DNA of 64,000 nucleotides, taken from positions 19,282,001 to 19,346,000 of the forward strand of contig OZ024752.1 in assembly GCA_964016885.1 (NCBI GenBank). The letters are read 5' to 3'. This document shows, piece by piece, positions 55,715 to 64,000 of the stretch. The notes below the pieces were generated by a model. The model saw only the letters and a program-made list of their open reading frames with translations, searched no databases and had not been told where the DNA came from. This DNA is from Eledone cirrhosa. Lineage: Eukaryota. The translations under genes and the position numbers were made by a program. The number at the start of each line of letters is the position of its first letter. The first letter of the stretch is position 1.

Positions 55715-57763
55715 TTTCTAATCTACGCAAGTCTTCAGCACACAATGCCCAGGTCTCACTACCATGTAACATTGCCGTTCGTATACAAGCATCATACAAT
55801 CTGCCTTTCACTTATAGAGAAAAACCCCTTGTGGCCAACAGTGTTATTTAGCTCTCTGAATTTTTTCCATCCCGTTCTAACTCTGGCTACTACACTTTAA
55901 GAGCACCCTCCTCCACTGCTGCTTTTGTCACCCAGGTAACGGAAGGTGTCTACTATTTCTATAGAACCATCTGGGCAGTTGAAGGAGATAACATCCAGTG
56001 GGTCCTTGCTACTTATTGCACCTGAGCATCGGCCACATATAAAGTCTACATTCTTAGATAGTTTACCTGTGATCCCACTACATCTTTTATGTACCCATAG
56101 TTTGCATTTGGGGCATAGAATAGCATTTCTACCTACTCCTTTCTTATACACTGAGCATGGCCATTTCCCAGAGGGGACCTGTGCCCTATTTTCCTTCCTA
56201 CATACTAGAACTTTAGTCTTAGACAAGTTAACTCTAGGCCATGCTTTCATGTTTGGAACTTCTTCTCTAGTTCAGCCATAGATTCAGCTATGAGAGTTAG
56301 ATCATCTGCATATGGAAGTTCCCATGGGCAGCCAGTCTTAAACTCATCTGTTATAGCCTGTAGAGCAATAATAAACAGGAGGGGGCTAAGGACACAACCC
56401 TGTGAACCCATACCATTATGCTAAATTCTTTGCTATATTCATTGTTAATTCTAACCTTGCTGACTGTTCCTCTATACATGGCTTGTATAGCTCTCACAAG
56501 CCATTCATCTACTCCTAGTTTTCTAAAGGCCCACCAGATAATGGAGCAGGGGACTCTGTCAAAGGTTTTCTCCAAGTCAACAAAAGCTAAGTAGAGGGGT
56601 TTACTTTTAGCTAGGTACTTCTCCTGTAATTGCCGTATAAAGAAAAGAGCATCTGTGGTACTTTTACCTGCCACAAACCCAAACTGCATTTCATCTAGAT
56701 CAATTCGTCTCTGATTAGTTGTGCTATAACTCTTTCTGTGACCTTCATAACTTGGTCAACTAACTTAATGCCTCTATAGTTTCCCCTATCTAGAGCATCT
56801 CCTTTACCCTTTTAGCAGTTAATGATGATGCTGCTACGCCAGTCTTTTGGTATGACTCCATTCTGTATTACTTGGTTTACTATCCGGGTGGCCATAGTAT
56901 GTCCCACCATTCCAGATGCCTTCAATATCTCAGCAACTATCCCCGAAGGCCCAGCTGCCTTCTCTGTCTTCATATCTTTGGTTGCCTTACTTATTATACT
57001 ACCTTTAACTTGCACAGCTGGTCCTTCTGTTGAATCAATGTGGGGCAGACTATCTTTATTCCATTTATTCTCCTCATTTAGTAATCTTCCAAGATTAGTG
57101 ACACTTCCAAGCTACCTTCATATTAGTATCAGTGAGGACAACTATACCATCGTCATTATGGACACACGTCTCCCCGACAATATCACAGTTCTCCTTGACA
57201 CATTGTCTTGCAATCCTGAACACCTCACGTCTTTGGTCCTCGCGTTGTAGAACATGCTTGAACTTACTATCCTTTGTTTCCCTCTTTGCAAAGTATAATT
57301 GTTGTCTAGCTTCTCTCCTAGCTACCCAATAGTGTTGTCTACTACCGCTGTCCTGCCATTCTTTCCACGACTGCTTTTTGCTCTTGATGGACTCCTCCAC
57401 CTTACTGTTCCACCACCATGTCACTCTCCTCCTGCCTAATGGTCTGCTCCAGCCACAGATTCCATCAGTCACCTTCAACAGGTTAACTTTCAGGAATTCC
57501 CACTCTTCCTCTCTATTGTATGTCTCTTGCTCTTCCTTACGATCAAAAGCATCAAGTAATATTCTTTTAAATTTGTTACTGGCTGTGGGGTTCTTCAACT
57601 TCCATAATCTTCTTCTTAAGGTATTCCTCTGCCAGCAAGTACGTCTGGCCCTGGCCATGAGGTTACTAACTATTAAGTTATGTTGGGAGGTGCATTCTTC
57701 GTAAGGGAGGGACTTAGTGTTCAAAACAGACACTCTGTCTCATTTTCTAGTAAGGATAAAATC
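55715..57763 (-). mobile_element. Decayed RTE-like LINE, copy B
   Basis: ORFs 57095..57733, 56812..57015, 56351..56689 and 55897..56250 are collinear with and homologous to copy A. Confidence 0.92.
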
Positions 57764-57764
57764 T

Positions 57765-58115
57765 ATACACATGTATGTATGTATGTATGTGTGTGTATGT
57801 GTATGTATGCACTTATGTATGTACATATCTATATATTATGTACATATCTATATATTATGTACATATTTATATATTATGTGCATATGTATGTATGTATGTA
57901 TATATGTATGTATGTATGTACATATGTATGTACATATGTATGTATGTATGTATATATGTACATATGTATGTATGTATGTATGTATATATGTATGTATGTA
58001 TGTGTGTACATATGTATGTATGTATGTGTGTACATATGTATGTATGTATGTGTGTACATATGTATGTATGTATGTGTGTACATATGTATGTATGTATTTA
58101 TATATATATATATAA
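57765..58115. repeat. (TATG)n/(TA)n compound microsatellite
   Basis: Direct reading. Confidence 0.95.
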
Positions 58116-59154
58116 ATAGCAAGTATTAATTAGTCAGTTCAGTGCACTATTTCGTGTCGTGATATAGAAATACTTTTACTCTGTTATTCTCCTCAACTAG
58201 AAGCCATTTATTGGAGTATTGATTGCTCTTATCTTCCCTTTCGACTATGTTATAGTTGCTAATGTTATGTCACCTTTTCTCTTTTTTTAATCTATTATAT
58301 ATAACAATTATTATTGGCTTTTATTTGTCTTCAATTTCCCCTGCAGATAGTCACAGCTATGCGGACACTAAGTACTTACAGAACAATCCCATTAAAAAGT
58401 GTATCTGAAAATACATATTTCGGGTACAGTCTTGTCTAGAGTACTACATAGTTGCTGTCATTTAACTTCTGCATTATACATGAACCAAGCTTAGACATGT
58501 TTCTGGTTTCTTCTCCCATTGCTTCCCTCTCTTTCTCTATAATCAGGGCTTACAGCAGGGAACTGTTGCTAGTTTAGTTTGAAGTAGGACACAGTACTTG
58601 CTCTTTGTTGTTTTTGTTTTATAATTCTATGTTATTTTAGTGAAGGCACGTGTCTTAGTAGTTAGAGAATTGGATTCTTAATTGTGAGGTTGTGAGTTTT
58701 ATTCCTGGACTGGGCAGTGTGTTATCGCCTTGAGCAAGATACTTTATTTCATGTTGCTCTTTCTGCCAGGAGTTGTGACTGGTAGATAGTATCAGCAATG
58801 GAAACACTAATGGAAATATTGTTTCCTTGGCCTGATTTGAGGTCAGATCTTGTCGATCTATCAGCCCGAGAGATCATAGTAGCACCACTGAAGACTACCT
58901 TACCATGGAAATTGGTGATTATTTCTTTTGGATTTTGTTAGATTAAGAGGTTGCTCTTTCTTCCTTTGTTAGATTGACAGAATTATTAAAACATTGAACA
59001 AAAGGTTCTACCATATTAGTTATGGCTCTTGACATTCCGAGTTCAAATTCTGCTGATGTTAACTTTGTCTTTCTGCTTTCAAGAGGTCAATAAAACTGCC
59101 ATTTAAATACTGGGTTTGGTGTAATCAGCTTACCCCCTCCCTTCAGATAACTCA

Positions 59155-59310
59155 CCTTATGGGGTTGATAAAATAAAGTACCAGTAATACACTGGGGTCC
59201 TTTTGATTGACTTACCTCTCTCTACAAATAGCTGACCTTATGGGGTTGATAAAATAAAGGACCAGTGATAAACTGGGGTTGATTTGATCAACTTGCCCCT
59301 CCCTACAGAT
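59155..59310 (+). repeat. Tandem duplication (~82 bp) of a SINE 3' part
   Basis: CCTTATGGGGTTGATAAAATAAAG.ACCAGT.AT..ACTGGGG occurs at about 59155 and 59237. Confidence 0.75.
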
Positions 59311-60624
59311 AGCAGGTGATGATTTCTATATTCTGAGTGTGAATACTGTTAGAGAGTCAAGTTTACCTTTCATCCAATACTTATGAAATACACTAATAAT
59401 AATTGTTTCTACTATTGGCACAAGGCCAGCAATTACCCAGTACATTACTGGTACTTTATTTTATCGACCCCATAATAATAATAATAATGATAATAATGTA
59501 AGCGGTCAAATTGATCATCAACTGTGGCTCTTCACTGCAAACATATATAACTTAGTACTGAGAGAGATCATTATGTCATACAACAGATGGTATTTACTGC
59601 TGTTAAATAAACCGTCTCAGATTTCTTTTTGTGATACCATTGATGGTTATAAATTATAACTGACAATGATAAACTAGCAAATATATTTATATAACATACA
59701 TTATTTACTTAGTCCCTCTCTTTACCTGCTTAATCCTTGCATCTCATTAATATTAGATAGTGTGGTTCTTAAACATGTTTTGTGACAATTAGCAGCATTG
59801 GTAGAGTGTCGGACAACATGCTTTATGGCATAGGGTTGCGGCCCTTTACGATCTGAGTTCAAATCCTGGCTTAGTGGTTAGAGATTTTGATTCACAATTG
59901 TGAGGTTGAGAGTTTGATTCCCAGACTGGGTTATGCCCTTGAGCAAGACACTTTATTTCATGTTGTGACCGGTAGATACTATCTGCAATGAAAAGACCAA
60001 TGGAAACATTGTTTCCATTGGTCTGATTTGATGAGCTCCACCCCACTTGGTACATAAATGAGGTCTGGGGTATTACTGATTGATTCCTATTCTACACACA
60101 CACATATATATGACTATCAGAATGGCCTGGCGTTGCTCGGGCTTCTAAATATAAATTGGCATGTTTATCCCTCCTTTCTGAAACAGTACAGAAAAGTATG
60201 GAATACCTCGGCTTGGGGATGGTGTCTACATTTTGTGCTTATAAAAAAAAAATTGTCGTAGATTACCAGGGATTTAACTTAATTGGGTGCCTGAGAGTAA
60301 AATGTTCAACCCACGAAAGACAAGATGATAGGGTTAAGTAAAAAGGCATTCGACAAACCGAACATGTATTTGTTGTGCTATGGTACAATGAAAGCAATAG
60401 TTACAGAGCAGTAAGCATGTGGGACTGCAGTGGTGGAGAGCATGAAGGAATTTAGTTGGATACTTTTAAGGTTACAAAAATCTACCCAATCTGATATAGA
60501 CCGAACTGTTATATCGGATGCCGAATGCTTCGGAGTTACTATTGGGGTCACCATCAACAATTTCAAGGAATGTATGTTTAAGTAGGGATAATATAGTCTA
60601 TAAAGAGAGGTAACTCTTTCAAAA

Positions 60625-60887
60625 TACTAAAGAGTTGTCTCTCTTGAACATTGTAGACAAAATTTCCGAACTAACTGACAAAAGGGACTTAAAATTTTAG
60701 TCAAAGAAACGCCTTTAACAACAGAAAATTGAAAAATAAAAGCTGCAGTTAAATCTTTAGACCGCAAGGAATATATAAATGCAAGTTTGAATTCAATCGG
60801 AGTAGAAATGTGGATTTGTATAGACTTTGCCAAAATTAGGACACACACACACACACAGACAACTTCAGTTTTATATATATGTATAGA
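60625..60887 (-). mobile_element. Helitron/HINE-like 5' end
   Basis: The minus strand starts TCTATACATATATATAAAACTGAAGTTGTCTGTGTGTGT, i.e. a TC start, TATAAAA and a microsatellite, as in non-autonomous rolling-circle elements. No 3' hairpin was confirmed. Confidence 0.5.
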
Positions 60888-61516
60888 TGATGATGATGAT
60901 ATATGTATGTCTGGGTGGGTGTTGGTTCATGTCTCATAACTCAGCCTTTTGGCAAAATTGATCAATAAAATAAGTGAGTCTTGAAATAAAATGATTACTG
61001 AGGTTAATATGAACAAATCCTTCCAAAGTAGTGCCCCAGCATGGCCAAAGTCTAATGACTGAAGGCAGTAAAAGAATAAAATTTATATTTTAGTAACCAG
61101 GTTCTGTTTGAAATTCAAAGTCTAGATTAAATTTTAATCAATAAGGTGATCTACACAATAGAAGTACCCAGTATACTCTGTAAAGTGGTTGGTTGGAAGG
61201 GCATCCAACTGTAGAAACCATGCCTAAAAGTGTTGAGAGGACCCTTTAGTTGTGTCAAAGATACAATCACCCTAGTGCTGGTGATCTACACAATAAAAGC
61301 TCCCAGAATATGCCGTAGAAAGTTTTCCAAACAAGGATGTTGGGAGGACCCTTCAGTTTGTGTCAAAAGACAACTTCTCTGTACTTGATATGACCCTAAG
61401 TAAGTGGGATACAGACCACTTGGCTTGTCTCTGAGGTCAGTGGCCCCACTTCAGTACTGACTTGGTCTATTTAAACCTAGCAAGGAAAGCAGACATTATA
61501 TGATGTTGATGATGAT

Positions 61517-61745
61517 TTAACCCTTTACCATTCACATTACTCTATATATACTATTGTATTTTCTCAGTAAAGGCTTTACCCCACATAATTATCTCACATA
61601 ATATCAAAGCTACGAGATTTTGATGTTATGTATTTTGAGAACAATACCTTAACATTGGTTTCTGTGGCCAGTTACAGCCAATTTGAACAGAAAGATGCGA
61701 GAGAATTCTGGCCGGATATGACCGGTTTAAATGCTAAAGGGTTAT
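61517..61745 (+). mobile_element. TTAA-flanked MITE copy
   Basis: TTAACCCTTTACCATT...AATGCTAAAGGGTTAT. Confidence 0.75.
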
Positions 61746-61964
61746 TATTATGACTAGATTAAATTTTAATCAATATTTTTGAATAAAATTGAGAATTAAA
61801 TATTAATATTTGGTGTTTCTTATTAATATTAAAGTGGCAAACTGGCATTTGTTTCACTGTTCTGATCACAAATCCTGTTACGGTCAACTTTACCTTTTAT
61901 CCTTTTGAGGTTGATAAAGTACCAGTCCAGGGATAATCTCCTTAGTTCTTCAGTGCCTTTCAGC

Positions 61965-62255
61965 CAAGTCACGATCAGCGCTGGCTTTTTCGCGCCTGTG
62001 CCAAGTGATGTTGGCTGCCATCCGGTCTTTTCAGAATGTCCGTCACCAGGTGATCCTGGGATAACCCCGCTTCCGTTTGCCACCAGGTGGAGTCCAGTTC
62101 ATCGCTGTTTTTGAGTATCGTGGGCAGGTGCAGAATATGGCCAGCCAGGCGGCACCAGTGTTCCGTGACCATCCTCGGCTGCGTCCATGACTCGGTTCTC
62201 AGCAGGATTTCCTCGTTTCGCACTCGGTCATGCCAAGACACACGAAGGATCCAGA
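61965..62255 (-). pseudogene. RTE-like LINE C-terminal fragment
   Basis: ILRVSWHDRVRNEEIL...RLAGHIL, then KRKRGYPRITW in a shifted frame. Confidence 0.7.
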
Positions 62256-63617
62256 GATAATAGATTGGTGGAATTGTTAAAGAGTCTGACAGAATATTTA
62301 GCATTATCTAATCCATCTTTTGTGTATTTTGAGTTGAAATCCTGCCTCCTTCTAGCACTTGTGACTGGCAGATAGTATGAGTAATGGAAATATTGGTTCC
62401 TTAGTCTGATCTAATGATCATCTCCTTTTCTTTTAGTGTATGTAATTTGTGTAATAAGATGTATGGTTAAACCTAACCATTTGTAGATTCTGTTATCTGT
62501 TTATTCAGGATTCTGTCATCTTGCTAATGGATCCACTGATTAATGTGAATGGTGTCCTGTTCAGAAAACCTGGTTATTTAGGAGACACGAATCTTTATGT
62601 TGAGAACAATAGTTTAATAAGCAATTACTAAAGTGAAATATGAAGCTTCCATTTATTCAATTTTCAATCTTTGGATACTGATGGGGATAATAGATCAATT
62701 AAACAACAAAATCATCGGACTAACTTATTGATCATAAGTAACCATTGATTAGCTCTAACAATAGATTTCTTTCTGAAATGGCTTCATTTGTTTGAAAGAA
62801 AAAAATCCCCAAATAAACAAAGGAAAAATGAAAACTAGAAATAAAGGAAAGCCTGTATATTGTGTTAGTTGGGGTGGATATTCTTTCTACTTCCACTAAT
62901 AGTCAGCGATTTTAGTTGTTGAATATGATTGTGTCATTGAAACCTCAGGCGTACTTGGACCCCGTACTGCCGAGCTTCTCTGTAAAGTTGGAACATCAGC
63001 AGCCTGTCTGAGGAAGGAACCCTGCGAGGTGGGGTGGCTGTGGCAGCAGGTGTCGCTGCCCAGTGCCTGCAGGAATGCTTTTGTGGTCTTGTCCGCGGTG
63101 CGCACCTCCAATACTACCGCACCCTAGACCCAGAGCCCATCACTCCCCCCTCCACATTCTTCTGTAACACTAGAGCCTTTGCCTTTCCCTTCCTTTTCCA
63201 TTTTTATATTTTCTCATTCTAAATTCCATTATTTCTTCTCAATCTATTTTTTCCTTTTTCTGTTAAATTGTTTTTATTATAAACATCAATAAAGGTTTGA
63301 ATTGATATTACTAATAGTATTTCTCTTTGTTTCCTACTAATAATATTGATTAGGTTATTTCTCTCAGTTTTACTTTTGGTTTGATGAGTAGAAATATATT
63401 TGATAATGAAACTTTTTTTCATTTTGTAATTACAGTGGAATGGGATAAAGTATTGCCATAAAGTTTTTTGATTGTCTTCTATTAGTAGCTTTCAGCTTTC
63501 ACTACATCAAGTGGTTTTTCAGCTTAGCCCTTTGTCATACTAACTCACTATTTAGTCACTTAAGCAAATAAAGAGTGAACATTTATATTTTATAAGGAAG
63601 AAGAATGTAAATATGTG

Positions 63618-63760
63618 ATGGCGCATAGCCTAGTGGTAAGGGTGTTGGACATACAATCATAATGTTGTGGGTTCGATTCGTGGACTGGGTTGTGTCTTGT
63701 GTTCTTAAGCAAAACATTTCATTTCACATTGCTCCAGTATACTCAGCTGTAAATGAGTAC
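63618..63760 (+). mobile_element. tRNA-derived SINE
   Basis: GCATAGCCTAGTGGTAAGGG (A box) ... GGGTTCGATTC (B box) ... CATTTCATTTCACATTGCTCCAG. Relatives occur at about 36335, 58645 and 59868. Confidence 0.8.
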
Positions 63761-63941
63761 CACAATAGCTGTCCATAACTTTGTTATTATTAAGCTAGTG
63801 AAGGCCGATGGAGTCATTAGAGGCAACGGACAAATGCTTAGCTGTATTTATGTCCTGAATTCAAATTCTACCATGGTCAACTTTGTCTTTCATCCTTCCA
63901 AGGTCAATAGAATAAAGTACCAATCAAGTATTGTATCCGAT

Positions 63942-64000
63942 TTAACCCTTTAATGTTCAAACCGGCCAAAACCGGCCAGAATTCTCTACCTCTTTCTGTT
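63942..64000 (-). mobile_element. TTAA-flanked MITE end, cut by the window boundary
   Basis: TTAACCCTTTAATGTTCAAACCGGCC....CCGGCCAGAATTCTC is the reverse complement of the 61700-61745 end. Confidence 0.7.

Noticed and set aside
57680-58129. MYVC-repeat ORFs
   Set aside because: They are translations of the (TATG)n microsatellite.
60540-63520. Possible GIY-YIG remnants at about 60570-60615 (RDNIVYKER) and 63200-63500
   Set aside because: They are too short and decayed to support a call without a profile search.

Overview
AT-rich animal genomic DNA with no recognisable intact host gene. The repeat families look like those of a coleoid cephalopod such as Octopus (inference from recall, not a search). 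Positions 1-31720 are one tandem satellite of about 790-800 copies of a 40-bp monomer (AAAACTGAACCCCTTAACCACACAGCTATGCTATATGTAT). It has nested higher-order repeats and shifts to a 39-bp variant near its edge. Positions 31720-64000 are mostly decayed transposons: tRNA-derived SINEs (two with internal minisatellites), TTAA-flanked MITEs, two DD37D (maT) Tc1/mariner copies, a Chapaev3-like transposon, a non-autonomous Mutator-like element with a 9-bp TSD, two RTE-like LINEs with a PHD-type finger inside the RT, Penelope-like remnants and a Helitron/HINE-like end. Two signals stand out. (1) Several different hammerhead-ribozyme motif families occur, and three of them sit at the centre of long fold-back palindromes next to (TA)n. 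(2) The satellite monomer looks like a fusion of a SINE head (Pol III A-box) and a Helitron-like 5' terminus, and both candidate donors occur in this window. Boundaries were read by eye and are approximate unless TIRs or TSDs are quoted.
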